From Candidatus Eiseniibacteriota bacterium (GTDB taxonomy: Bacteria; Eisenbacteria; RBG-16-71-46), in NCBI GenBank assembly GCA_038231135.1, contig JBBRLX010000044.1:1-26233 (forward strand): DNA of 26,233 nt, written 5' to 3'. Positions 1 through 8,229 of the stretch are shown piece after piece. The notes beneath the pieces were generated by a model. It was given only the letters and a program-made list of their open reading frames with translations. It was not told the DNA's origin and did no database searches. Made by a program: the position numbers and the translations under genes. Position 1 is the stretch's first letter. Every line of letters begins with the position of its first letter.

Positions 1-83
1 CGGTTCGTCGTGTCTCCTCGTCGTGCGGCTTCGACCAGACCCAGCCGCCGGGCATCCCGTAGTCCCATGAGTGTGTCGTCCAT
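1..83 (-). CDS. 5' fragment of a probable IS1202-family (formerly ISNCY) transposase, running off the window start
   Basis: Not in the ORF track. The minus strand from ATG at 83 reads MDDTLMGLRDARRLGLVEAARRGDTTN(R), which resembles the N-terminal helix of ISNCY/IS1202 transposases as I recall it. It lies directly inside an IS-like end. Confidence 0.65.
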   Translation of the reverse strand, partial: MDDTLMGLRDARRLGLVEAARRGDTTN

Positions 84-139
84 GGGGGTGACACTCTCAC
101 TGCGGAGTTAGGGGGTGACAGAATCACTGCGGGGGCACA
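84..139 (-). mobile_element. Left end of an IS1202/ISNCY-like element: terminal TGT plus two 22-bp subterminal repeats
   Basis: GGGGGTGACActcTCACTGCGG (84-105) and GGGGGTGACAgaaTCACTGCGG (111-132) match at 19/22, then ACA at 137-139 (TGT on the minus strand). TGT ends with repeated transposase-binding sites are typical of this family. Confidence 0.7.
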
Positions 140-178
140 CGCCTGCTCCCGCCTCTTCCCCCCGCCCCCGTTCTCCCC

Positions 179-184
179 TACCAT
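179..184 (+). promoter_or_regulatory. Putative -10 box (TACCAT) for a leaderless aminotransferase mRNA
   Basis: TAnnnT hexamer 6 nt before ATG 191. The upstream sequence is C-rich with no Shine-Dalgarno. Confidence 0.5.
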
Positions 185-190
185 ACCCCC

Positions 191-1555
191 ATGACCCAAA
201 CCGACCTGAACACCTCGCCCTATCTGGCCACTGCCTACGCCAACGACCGCGCGCACGTATTCCACTCCTGGTCCGCCCAGGGACTGATCCAGCCCGTCGT
301 GATCGCCGGAGCCAAGGGCTCCCGCATGTGGGACGACAAGGGCAACTCGTGGCTCGACTTCTCCAGCCAGCTCGTGAACGTGAATATCGGGCATCAGCAT
401 CCGAAGCTCGTCGCCGCGATTCAGGAGCAGGCGGGCCGGATGTGCACGATCGCGCCGGGTTTCGCGAACGACATGCGCAGCGAAGCCGCGCGGCTCATCA
501 CCGAGCTCGCGCCCGGCAACCTCGACATGGTGTTCTTCACGAACGGCGGCACCGAGGCGATCGAGAACGCGGTGCGGCTGGCGCGCGCGCATACGGCCCG
601 CCACAAGGTGCTGTCGACCTATCGCAGCTATCACGGCGCCACCGGCACTTCGATCTCGCTGACGGGCGATCCGCGCCGCTGGGGCAACGAGCCGGGCAAT
701 CCGGGTGCGGTCAAGTTCTGGGGGCCGTATCTCTATCGCTCGCCGTTCTACGCCACCACGCCCGCCGAAGAGAGCCAGCGGGCACTCGAGCACCTGGCGA
801 ACGTGCTGATGGTGGAGGGCCCGCATACGGTGGCCGCGGTCATCCTCGAGACCGTGGTCGGCACGAACGGCATTCTCGTCCCGCCCGACGGCTATCTGCA
901 GGGCGTGCGCGACCTGTGCACCCAGCATGGCATCATGATGATCGCCGACGAGGTCATGGCCGGCTTCGGCCGGTGCGGCGAGTGGTTCGCGGTCGATCGC
1001 TGGAAGGTGACGCCCGATCTCATCACGTTCGCCAAGGGCTCGAACTCCGGCTACATCCCGGTGGGCGGCGTGATCATCAGCCGGCCGATCGCCGACACGT
1101 TCAAGGAGCGCGCGTTCCACGGCGGGCTCACCTACTCGGGCCACCCGCTCGCGACCTCGTCGATCGTGGCGAGCATCAGGATCTTCAAGGAAGAGCAGAT
1201 CATCGACCACGCGCGTGACCTGGGCGCCAATGTGATCGGCCCAGAGCTGAAGAAGCTTGCCGACAGGCATCCCAGCGTCGGCGAAGTGCGCGGGCTGGGC
1301 GTGTTCTGGGCGCTCGAGCTGGTGCGCGACCGCAAGACGCGCGAGCCGCTGGTGCCGTTCAACGCGAGCGGCGCCGACGCCAGGCCGATGGCGGAAGTCG
1401 TGAATGCCTGCAAGGCCGGCGGCGTGTGGCCGTTCTCGCACTTCAACCGCCTCTACGTGACGCCGCCGTGCACGACGACTCCGGACGAGATTCGCGAAGG
1501 CCTGGCGGCGATGGACAAGGCGCTGGAGGTGGCGGACAAGTATTGCAAGGCGTAG
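191..1555 (+). CDS. Class III PLP-dependent aminotransferase (omega-amino acid/taurine-pyruvate type)
   Basis: 454 aa with motifs FFTNGGTEA, SYHG, ETVVG, DEVMAGFGR, DLITFAKG (PLP lysine), GLTYSGHP and VRGLG. Confidence 0.93.
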   Translation: MTQTDLNTSPYLATAYANDRAHVFHSWSAQGLIQPVVIAGAKGSRMWDDKGNSWLDFSSQLVNVNIGHQHPKLVAAIQEQAGRMCTIAPGFANDMRSEAARLITELAPGNLDMVFFTNGGTEAIENAVRLARAHTARHKVLSTYRSYHGATGTSISLTGDPRRWGNEPGNPGAVKFWGPYLYRSPFYATTPAEESQRALEHLANVLMVEGPHTVAAVILETVVGTNGILVPPDGYLQGVRDLCTQHGIMMIADEVMAGFGRCGEWFAVDRWKVTPDLITFAKGSNSGYIPVGGVIISRPIADTFKERAFHGGLTYSGHPLATSSIVASIRIFKEEQIIDHARDLGANVIGPELKKLADRHPSVGEVRGLGVFWALELVRDRKTREPLVPFNASGADARPMAEVVNACKAGGVWPFSHFNRLYVTPPCTTTPDEIREGLAAMDKALEVADKYCKA

Positions 1556-1560
1556 GGGCG

Positions 1561-2313
1561 GTGCGGAGGCTGACTCAGGCCGCAGCTGCCCTTGCCTGCG
1601 TCAGCCTGCTGATTGGGGGCTGCTCACGGCACAAGGCGAGAGCGCCTCAAGCCGCTGCCGTCGCCGACACGCTGCGCAATGGGCTGCCTAGCGCGCTCGT
1701 GCCGAAGCTCGCCGCATGGGTGGCCAACTGGCGCCATGCCGATCCCGACTTTTCGCCAGAATCGTTGGTCCGTGGCGATTCAGACCCCTACCAGTTCGAC
1801 GCCGCGTGGCGCGGTGCCGGGCACATTTCCGATGGCGTGCGATCGCGCGCACTCGTGGATGTTCTCTCGCCCGATTCGGTTCGATCGCTCGACTTCGACA
1901 TGTACCTGGAATTTGACGGCGGACCGGATGGCGTCAGCCTCGGGCGCGAGCCGGATTCAGCGCCCATTCTCGCAGACTTCAAGGCGGACACGGTGTGGCG
2001 AGTGGCGTTCTGTGGGACGCCATGCTCTTTCGACGGAGCGTACTGGATCGACGCCGAAAGATTCGTCCTGTCGGGCGCAACGGAATCGGGCGCGGGCGCA
2101 CAGGCGGACGCCCCGTGGAGCGCGTTCCTCGACGTCTACGACCTGCGCTCGCGCCGTATGACGCGATGGCTCGCCTCGACAGTCGCCGGACCGGCGTTCA
2201 GGCGCTACGTATCCGCCAGCGACTCGGAACTCACCGCGCGCGTCGAGCGGGCCGGATTCGGAAAGCAAACAGGTTCGACCGGGTCGCGCGTGGATCTGTC
2301 GAGCTCTGAATAG
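1561..2313 (+). CDS. Hypothetical lipoprotein
   Basis: GTG at 1561, 5 nt after the aminotransferase stop. MRRLTQAAAALACVSLLIGG|C gives a signal peptide with a lipobox-like Cys. The ORF-track start at 1426 overlaps the upstream gene. Confidence 0.7.
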   Translation: MRRLTQAAAALACVSLLIGGCSRHKARAPQAAAVADTLRNGLPSALVPKLAAWVANWRHADPDFSPESLVRGDSDPYQFDAAWRGAGHISDGVRSRALVDVLSPDSVRSLDFDMYLEFDGGPDGVSLGREPDSAPILADFKADTVWRVAFCGTPCSFDGAYWIDAERFVLSGATESGAGAQADAPWSAFLDVYDLRSRRMTRWLASTVAGPAFRRYVSASDSELTARVERAGFGKQTGSTGSRVDLSSSE

Positions 2314-2314
2314 A

Positions 2315-2339
2315 TCGCCCCGCTCGCGTCAGCGGGCGA
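2315..2339. terminator. GC hairpin between convergent genes (possible terminator)
   Basis: TCGCC(C)CGCT-cgcgtc-AGCGGGCGA stem with one bulge and no U-tract. Confidence 0.3.
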
Positions 2340-2343
2340 AGCG

Positions 2344-3252
2344 CTACCGCGCCCGACCCGACCACTTCGCCTTCAGCTGCCCCCACGTCGCCTGCACGGT
2401 CGGGGTGTCGCTGCCCGGCACGAACTTGCGCACATCGAAATCCGTGAGCACGTAGATATTGCCCGCGGGATCGAGCGTTAGATCCACGGGGACCGCTCCG
2501 ATCGACCATTTCGTTCCGGGCGTGCCGTCGCTGGCGTACTTGTGCACCGAGCTGTCGCAGGCGTCGGCCACGAAGAACTCCCCAGACGCTCCCACCGCGA
2601 TGCCGTGGGGCTCGCTATACGCCGGCTCGTGCGGATCCTCGTCGCGGCCGCAGGTGGGCAGCAGCGGCACGCCGGAGGCGGCGATGCAGCTCAGGGTCAC
2701 GATCGGATAGTGGCTGCCGCGGTAGTAGCTGATCGCGCAGGGGCTGCCGCCGCGCCATACGATGCCGCGCCAATCGGTGTCGGAGTGGCTGCTACGTGAA
2801 AACTCGGTGCCTGTCGTGTCGAGCGTCACCAGCAACCCTGAAGCCGGGTCGTCCGGATCCTTGGCGGCCAGCGCGATCATGTCGCGGGTCACGGCGAGCC
2901 GCGGATCCACGACGGTCGACGGCAACTGGCCCAGCGCGGTGCCGTCGGCGTCGTACCAGCGGATCGAGGTGTCGTCCGCCAGGTACACGTTACCCGACGG
3001 CGCGACCGAGACATCGGTCCCGGTGATGGCCCAATGACCGATCACGGAGCCCTGGAGTGTAAACTTCGTGGTCTTGGAACTCACGACGAACACCGCGTCC
3101 GAAGACGCGGAGATCGCGTGGCCTGAGGCGGGCCAGCTCGACACGAGGTGGTAGGCCTGGGCGAACGCGGGAACCGCGACGCAGAGAGCGGCGCACAGCA
3201 GCAGCAGCCGAAGGATCAGGCGAGTTCGCGTGGGGATGTCCGTGTCGTGCAT
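2344..3252 (-). CDS. Secreted NHL/beta-propeller-like protein with a C-terminal TWGxxK motif
   Basis: Signal peptide (RLILRLLLLCAALCVAVPAFA). NHL-like repeats DVSVAPSGNVYLAD, EPHGIAVGASGEFFVAD and PVDLTLDPAGNIYV. C-terminus DTPTVQATWGQLKAKWSGRAR. Start set at ATG 3252 because TATCCT lies 7 nt upstream. Confidence 0.75.
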   Translation of the reverse strand: MHDTDIPTRTRLILRLLLLCAALCVAVPAFAQAYHLVSSWPASGHAISASSDAVFVVSSKTTKFTLQGSVIGHWAITGTDVSVAPSGNVYLADDTSIRWYDADGTALGQLPSTVVDPRLAVTRDMIALAAKDPDDPASGLLVTLDTTGTEFSRSSHSDTDWRGIVWRGGSPCAISYYRGSHYPIVTLSCIAASGVPLLPTCGRDEDPHEPAYSEPHGIAVGASGEFFVADACDSSVHKYASDGTPGTKWSIGAVPVDLTLDPAGNIYVLTDFDVRKFVPGSDTPTVQATWGQLKAKWSGRAR

Positions 3253-3259
3253 GCAGGTG

Positions 3260-3265
3260 AGGATA
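3260..3265 (-). promoter_or_regulatory. Putative -10 box (TATCCT) for a leaderless mRNA
   Basis: TATCCT-cacctgc-ATG(3252) on the minus strand, with no SD between. Confidence 0.5.
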
Positions 3266-3521
3266 CTCCAGAACCCCACAACGGGAAGCTCCATCTGACC
3301 CGCGGAGGAATTGGGTTGTGAAGCCGCGGAAACACGAACGATTCGACTCCATTCGCGCGGCCGGCTGTCGGGCGGGCGAACGATAACCCCCGAGATTCCG
3401 GACTCCGGGAGTCACGCGACCGCGCTCACAACCGCTACGGCTTCGGCGCCGCCCCCGTCAGCATTCGCGCAAACGCGGCAAATTCTTTGGCGTTGAGGTC
3501 CGAAAGCCCGTTTCTGGCGGC

Positions 3522-4313
3522 TCAGGTGGCGGGTTTCTGCGCGGTGAGGACGTCCGGCCCGAGCGAACCGAACGTGATGATGAACAGCGCCAGCTGGCCG
3601 ATCTTCGAGCCGCGCGACCGCACATCGCGCAGGCCGTGCCCGGCGAGGGCCGCCCCATACTGATTCACGAACCGGATGTCGTGGATCACCACGCGCCCGC
3701 CGGGCTTCAGGACGCGGGCGATCTCGCTCATCGCCTGCGCCCGGCCCTCCCGCTCGTAGACATTGTGGATCGCGACGTTGGACACGACAGCGTCGAAACT
3801 GGCATCGGGAAACGGCAGCTTGCGCATGTCCCCCGTCTTGACCTCGACCCGGTCTCCCACGCCTTCCAGTCGCGCGTTTTCCAGCGTGGCCTCGGGCCGG
3901 TTGCCGGTGAGATCTTCGGCCTGCCACAGATCGATGCCGGTGGCCTTGCCTGTCGTAAGCCTGCGTGCGGCGCCCACGAGCAGGAGCCCGCGGCCGCAAC
4001 CAACGTCGAGCACCGCCTCGCTCCCCTGCCAGGGAATGAAGTCGAGCAGCCGCTCGCGCTCGCGTAGCTTGCCGATCTTGCTGTCGTAGAGCATCCAGCA
4101 CGCCATGAACCCGCAGCCGAGCCCGGCGCCGAGGCCCGAGCCTGCCAGATGGACATGCGCGATGTCGCCGGACCACAGGCCGAACAGCGCCGTGAGAAAC
4201 AACGAGATACCGATCACCGCGACGATCGCGAGATTGCGGATGACGCCGGGCGCGTCGATGCCGTAATCGGGTTTGGCGGGGAGGCTCGTCGCGGCGGCCG
4301 GCACGGTCATCAT
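3522..4313 (-). CDS. Membrane-anchored class I SAM-dependent methyltransferase
   Basis: GAGGAG SD before ATG 4313 (MMTVPAA). Two N-terminal hydrophobic segments. Motifs VLDVGCGRG, GIDLW, GDMRKLPFPDASFD and RVLKPGG. Confidence 0.9.
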   Translation of the reverse strand: MMTVPAAATSLPAKPDYGIDAPGVIRNLAIVAVIGISLFLTALFGLWSGDIAHVHLAGSGLGAGLGCGFMACWMLYDSKIGKLRERERLLDFIPWQGSEAVLDVGCGRGLLLVGAARRLTTGKATGIDLWQAEDLTGNRPEATLENARLEGVGDRVEVKTGDMRKLPFPDASFDAVVSNVAIHNVYEREGRAQAMSEIARVLKPGGRVVIHDIRFVNQYGAALAGHGLRDVRSRGSKIGQLALFIITFGSLGPDVLTAQKPAT

Positions 4314-4401
4314 GGGTTCTCCTCGTCGGATCGCGAACTTCGAACGGCGTGGGAAGCGGGTCCTCAACGGCCAGCGCCGCAGAATAGCGCAGGTCGGCGA
4401 G

Positions 4402-5658
4402 CTATTGCCCCTCGATTTCCCGCAACCGCCGTTCCAGGAAGCGCCGCTCAGGCTCCTGCCGGGCGAGCGTGATCGCCCTCGCGTAGGCCTCCCGGGCCTC
4501 GGGCACGCGCCCCAGCCGCCGCAGCAGGTCCGCGCGCGCCGCGTGCGCCAGGTGGTAGCCCAGCAGCTCACCACGCGCGAGGATCGCGTCGATGAGCTCG
4601 AGCCCCGGCGCCGGTCCGTTGTGCATCGCCACCGCCACCGCACGATTCAGCTCGACCACCGCCGACGGGTCCGCCCGCAGCAGCACGCCGTAGAGTCCGA
4701 TGATCTGCGCCCAGTTCGTCGCCGCGGCCGTCGCCGCCTCGGCGTGGACGGCGGCGATCGCGGCCTGCAGCGAATAGGGACCGATGCGCCGCGATGCCAG
4801 CGCCCGCTCCACCAGCGCCACGCCCTCCGCGATCAACTCGCAGTCCCACCGCGCGCGATCCTGATCCTCGAGCAGGATCAGCTCGCCCGTGGCCGACGTG
4901 CGCGCCGCGCGTCGCGACTCGTGGAGCAGCATCAACGCCAGCAATCCCAACGCCTCGGGTTCAGCCAGCAATTCGACGAGCAGCCGCCCCAGCCGGATCG
5001 CCTCCGCCGAAACGTCGGCGCGCGTGAGCGTCGTGCCCGACGAGGCCGAGTAGCCTTCGTTGAACACCAGGTAGACCACGTGCAGCACCGAGTCCAGCCG
5101 GTCCGCGAGCTCGGCGCGTGCGGGGACCTGGTACGGAATCCCGGCGTCGCGGATCTTCGACTTTGCGCGCACGATGCGCTGCGCCACCGCGCTCGGCGAG
5201 GTGAGAAACGCGTGCGCGATCTCTTCGGTGCGAAGCCCGCACACCTCGCGCAGCGTCATCGCCACCTGCGCATCGGGCGGCAGCGCCGGGTGGCAGCAGG
5301 TAAAGATCAGCCGCAGCCGGTCGTCCTCGACGTCGTCCATATCGTGATCGGGCGCAGGCGGCGGGGTCGACTCGAGGCGTTCGGCGATCTCGGTCTTCGA
5401 GGCGTCGAACCGCGCCCGCCGGCGCATGGCGTCGATCGCCTTGAAGCGCCCCGCCGAGACGAGCCATGCCCGCGGACTGCCGGGCACACCGTCGCGCGGC
5501 CACTGCTCGAGCGCCGCGACGAACGCGTCGTGCAGCGCCTCCTCGGCCAGATCGAAGTCGCCGAGCAGTCGGATGAGCGTGGCGAGGACACGGCGCGATT
5601 CGGTGCGGTAGATGGCGTCCAGCCGTCCGCGCACCCGATCGGTCGCGTCCTCGCTCAC
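4402..5658 (-). CDS. ECF sigma factor with a long C-terminal TPR-like extension (ECF42 group)
   Basis: GTG 5658. Region 2 (DLAEEALHDAF..W...G.P..PRAWL), DDRLRLIFTCCHPAL, region 4 (TLREVCGL), VYLVFNEGY, LEDQDRARWD and GPYSLQAAIAAVH. It follows DGPF genes, the known ECF42 context. Confidence 0.9.
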   Translation of the reverse strand: MSEDATDRVRGRLDAIYRTESRRVLATLIRLLGDFDLAEEALHDAFVAALEQWPRDGVPGSPRAWLVSAGRFKAIDAMRRRARFDASKTEIAERLESTPPPAPDHDMDDVEDDRLRLIFTCCHPALPPDAQVAMTLREVCGLRTEEIAHAFLTSPSAVAQRIVRAKSKIRDAGIPYQVPARAELADRLDSVLHVVYLVFNEGYSASSGTTLTRADVSAEAIRLGRLLVELLAEPEALGLLALMLLHESRRAARTSATGELILLEDQDRARWDCELIAEGVALVERALASRRIGPYSLQAAIAAVHAEAATAAATNWAQIIGLYGVLLRADPSAVVELNRAVAVAMHNGPAPGLELIDAILARGELLGYHLAHAARADLLRRLGRVPEAREAYARAITLARQEPERRFLERRLREIEGQ

Positions 5659-5671
5659 GCAGCCGCCTGCG

Positions 5672-6034
5672 TTACGCCTGGACCTTGCTGAAGTCCATGA
5701 TCGGCCGCACCTCGATGCTGCCGAACCGCGCCGACGGGATCTTTGCCGCGATCTGGATGGCATCGTTCAGGTCGCGCGCCTCGATCAGGTAGAAGCCACC
5801 GAGTTGCTCCTTGGTCTCGGCAAACGGCCCGTCGGTGGTCGACACCTTGCCGTTGCGTACGCGCACCGTGGTCGCGGTCTTGATCTGATCCAGCGCCTCA
5901 CCCGCGACGTAGTGACCGCTCTTGCGGATGCCCTCTGTGAACGCGAAGTACTCGGCCATCATCGCGTCCATGTCGGCCTTGGACAGGCTGTTCATGTTCT
6001 GCTCGGCGTTGTAGATCAGGCACAGGTATTTCAT
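5672..6034 (-). CDS. YciI/DGPF-family protein (copy 2)
   Basis: 120 aa with the DGPFAETKEQLGGFYLIE signature and a GGAGG SD. Confidence 0.93.
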   Translation of the reverse strand: MKYLCLIYNAEQNMNSLSKADMDAMMAEYFAFTEGIRKSGHYVAGEALDQIKTATTVRVRNGKVSTTDGPFAETKEQLGGFYLIEARDLNDAIQIAAKIPSARFGSIEVRPIMDFSKVQA

Positions 6035-6083
6035 GACTTCCTCCAGACGGCTGGGTGCTGGTGACTCCGGTGAACAGCATATG

Positions 6084-6110
6084 GTCGAACGGGGCGGCGG
6101 GAAATCGACA
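6084..6110 (-). promoter_or_regulatory. ECF42-type promoter TGTCGA-N17-CGAC upstream of DGPF copy 2
   Basis: Minus strand TGTCGA-tttcccgccgccccgtt-CGAC. Matches the ECF42 consensus as I recall it (-35 TGTCGA, -10 CG(A/T)C). Confidence 0.75.
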
Positions 6111-6139
6111 CGGGAGAGCGCCAGCGCGACAACCCTCTG

Positions 6140-6502
6140 TTACGCCTGGACCTTGCTGAAGTCCATGATCGGCCGAACTTCGATGCTGCCGAACTTGGCC
6201 GACGGAATCCGCGCTGCGACCTGGAGCGCATCGTCCAGGTCGCGCGCCTCGATCAGGTAGAAACCACCGAGCTGCTCCTTGGTCTCGGCGAATGGCCCGT
6301 CGGTCGTCGACAACTTGCCGTTGCGCACGCGCACCGTGGTCGCCGTCTTCACCAGATCGAGGGCCTCGCCGGCGACATGGTGGCCGCTCTTCTTGATGTC
6401 CTGGGTGAACGCAAAGTAGTCGCCATTGAATGCCGCCATCTCGGCCTTCGACATGGAGACGGTGATGTGTTCGGCATCGTAGATCAGGCACAGGTATTTC
6501 AT
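6140..6502 (-). CDS. YciI/DGPF-family protein (copy 1)
   Basis: ATG 6502 (MKYLCLIYDAEH) after a GGAGG SD. 120 aa, DGPFAETKE motif, 96/120 identical to copy 2 by hand alignment. Confidence 0.93.
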   Translation of the reverse strand: MKYLCLIYDAEHITVSMSKAEMAAFNGDYFAFTQDIKKSGHHVAGEALDLVKTATTVRVRNGKLSTTDGPFAETKEQLGGFYLIEARDLDDALQVAARIPSAKFGSIEVRPIMDFSKVQA

Positions 6503-6550
6503 GGTTTCCTCCGGACGACTGGGGCTGCGCGACTGTGGTGACAGCACATG

Positions 6551-6577
6551 GTCGAACGGGGCGGGGGAAACTCGACA
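6551..6577 (-). promoter_or_regulatory. ECF42-type promoter TGTCGA-N17-CGAC upstream of DGPF copy 1
   Basis: Minus strand TGTCGA-gtttcccccgccccgtt-CGAC, with the same spacing as the site at 6084-6110. Confidence 0.75.
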
Positions 6578-6588
6578 GGGGGGTTGAG

Positions 6589-7359
6589 TTACTTTTCCGC
6601 CCGCCGTTGCCCCAGCATCCACCCCGGCAACTCCGGCTCCAGATACGCCACCTCCCAGACCCCATGGTTCACGTCCGGATAGAGCGTCATCTTCGCCAGC
6701 GCCGGATCCAGCCCGCGGCGGGTTCGCTCTTCCGTGATCGCCTGCATGATGTGCCGCGTGTCCTCGGGGTTCACGAGGTCGTCCTTCAATCCGTGGAACG
6801 CCCACACCGGCAACTCGGCAACGCGTGGGGCGACGGTGCGCGCGCGACCGTAGCCACATAGCGGGACGAGGCATGAGAACAGCTTCGGGTGGCGCGCCGC
6901 GATCATCCACACGCCGTGGCCGCCCTGCGACATGCCGGTGAATGCCACGCGGTCGGAGGCGATCTTGAACTCGCGCCGCGCCGCCTTGAGCGTCGCCAGC
7001 ACCAGCGATTCGCGCTCCTCCCACTCCTCGTCCTCCAGCGGCTTCTGCGGGATCACAACCACGCACGACCAGCGCTCCGGATGGGCGAGGATCGCGGGGA
7101 TCAGGCCGATCTTCGTGGGTTTCTCGCCATCGCGGCCGCACTCTCCGGAGCCATGCAGGAACAGCACGCACGGCCAGTCGTGGTCGTCATCGTAATCGGG
7201 CGGCACGTAGACGGCGTAGCGATGCTTCTCGCCGTCGACCGAAACCGCGCGGTAGAGGATGCCGGTCTCATGCGGCGTGCGCGCGAAGGCGGCGGCAGTT
7301 GGAATCACCATCGCAAGAGCCGCCATGGCGCAGGCCGATGGGAGCGCGTGAGCGTTCAC
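6589..7359 (-). CDS. Secreted alpha/beta-hydrolase (predicted esterase/peptidase)
   Basis: GTG 7359 after GAGG. Signal-like N-terminus, LFLHGSGE, nucleophile GMSQG, WAFHGLKD and YPDVNH. Confidence 0.85.
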   Translation of the reverse strand: MNAHALPSACAMAALAMVIPTAAAFARTPHETGILYRAVSVDGEKHRYAVYVPPDYDDDHDWPCVLFLHGSGECGRDGEKPTKIGLIPAILAHPERWSCVVVIPQKPLEDEEWEERESLVLATLKAARREFKIASDRVAFTGMSQGGHGVWMIAARHPKLFSCLVPLCGYGRARTVAPRVAELPVWAFHGLKDDLVNPEDTRHIMQAITEERTRRGLDPALAKMTLYPDVNHGVWEVAYLEPELPGWMLGQRRAEK

Positions 7360-7366
7360 GAACGCC

Positions 7367-8221
7367 TCACGCGCCTCCCCCCCGCGTCTCCGGATCATGC
7401 GGCGGCGCCTCTTTGCCCAGCTCCCGCGACCGCTGGTATGCGGCCCACACGGCGCGCGATATCGCCGTGCGGAACCCAGCCTTCTCGAAGTAGTACATGG
7501 CTTCCGCCGAGGTGCCGCCGGGCGAGGTCACCTGGTTGCGCAGCGCCGCCGGATGGGACTGGCTCTGCTCGTAGAACGCCACGCTGCCTTTGATCGTCTG
7601 CACCACGAGCTGTTCCGCAATACGGCGCGGGAATCCCATGTGCACGCCGGCGTCGAACAGCGCCTCCATGAACAGGAACACGTAGGCGGGGCCGGTGCCG
7701 GACAGCGCGGTCGCCATGTCGAGGTAGTTCTCGTCCTCGACGAACACCTCGGCACCGAGCGCGCCCAGAATCGTGCGCGCCGCGTCCCGTTGCGGCTCCG
7801 TGACGGCATCCGAAACCGTCCAGACGGTGATGCCCTCGCCGATCTGGGCAGGGGTGTTGGGCATCGACCGCACCACGGCGTCGTGCCCGAGCGCGCGCGA
7901 GATCTTCCTGATCGAGGCGCCGGCCACGATCGACAGCACGAGCGCCCCGGGACGCACGCCGTCTTTCAGCCCCTTGAGCACTTCGCTCAGCCGCTGCGGC
8001 TTGACCGACAGCACGACGATGTCGGCCTCGCTCGCGGCGGCGCGGTTGTCGGTGAACGGCCGGACGCCGTGCTCGCGCTGGAGCTCGTCCCCACGCGCCG
8101 CGCGTGGCCCCGACACCATCAGATCGACAGGGGCCGCGAGCTTCTCGCGCAGCAGGCCGCCGATCATGGCCTCGGCCATGACGCCGTAGCCGACGAATGC
8201 GATCTTCTGGTTCAGGGCGAT
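7367..8221 (-). CDS. proC: Pyrroline-5-carboxylate reductase (start codon uncertain)
   Basis: KIAFVGYGVMAEAM, LSVKPQ, SIVAG, VRSMPNTP, TALSGTGPAY and VTSPGGTS. No ATG/GTG/TTG in frame between the dodecin stop and the Rossmann motif. Confidence 0.9.
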   Translation of the reverse strand: MALNQKIAFVGYGVMAEAMIGGLLREKLAAPVDLMVSGPRAARGDELQREHGVRPFTDNRAAASEADIVVLSVKPQRLSEVLKGLKDGVRPGALVLSIVAGASIRKISRALGHDAVVRSMPNTPAQIGEGITVWTVSDAVTEPQRDAARTILGALGAEVFVEDENYLDMATALSGTGPAYVFLFMEALFDAGVHMGFPRRIAEQLVVQTIKGSVAFYEQSQSHPAALRNQVTSPGGTSAEAMYYFEKAGFRTAISRAVWAAYQRSRELGKEAPPHDPETRGGGA

Positions 8222-8229
8222 CCCCGCCG

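Noticed and set aside
84..132. 22-bp repeat pair as a CRISPR array or CRP/FNR sites
   Set aside because: There are only two copies with a 5-nt gap and no cas genes. The half-site spacing (GTGA-N5-TCAC) does not fit CRP (N6). An IS end explains the repeats better.
4273..5691. Long antisense or alternate-frame ORFs (for example 115-1218, 4273-5691, 7397-8794, 10074-11783, 13358-14899, 22994-24415)
   Set aside because: They are Arg/Gly/Pro-rich shadows of well-supported genes, expected in high-GC DNA, and carry no family motifs.
6140..7171. 343-aa ORF suggesting an N-terminally extended DGPF protein
   Set aside because: The extension overlaps the esterase in another frame. SD, promoter and paralogue alignment place the start at 6502.
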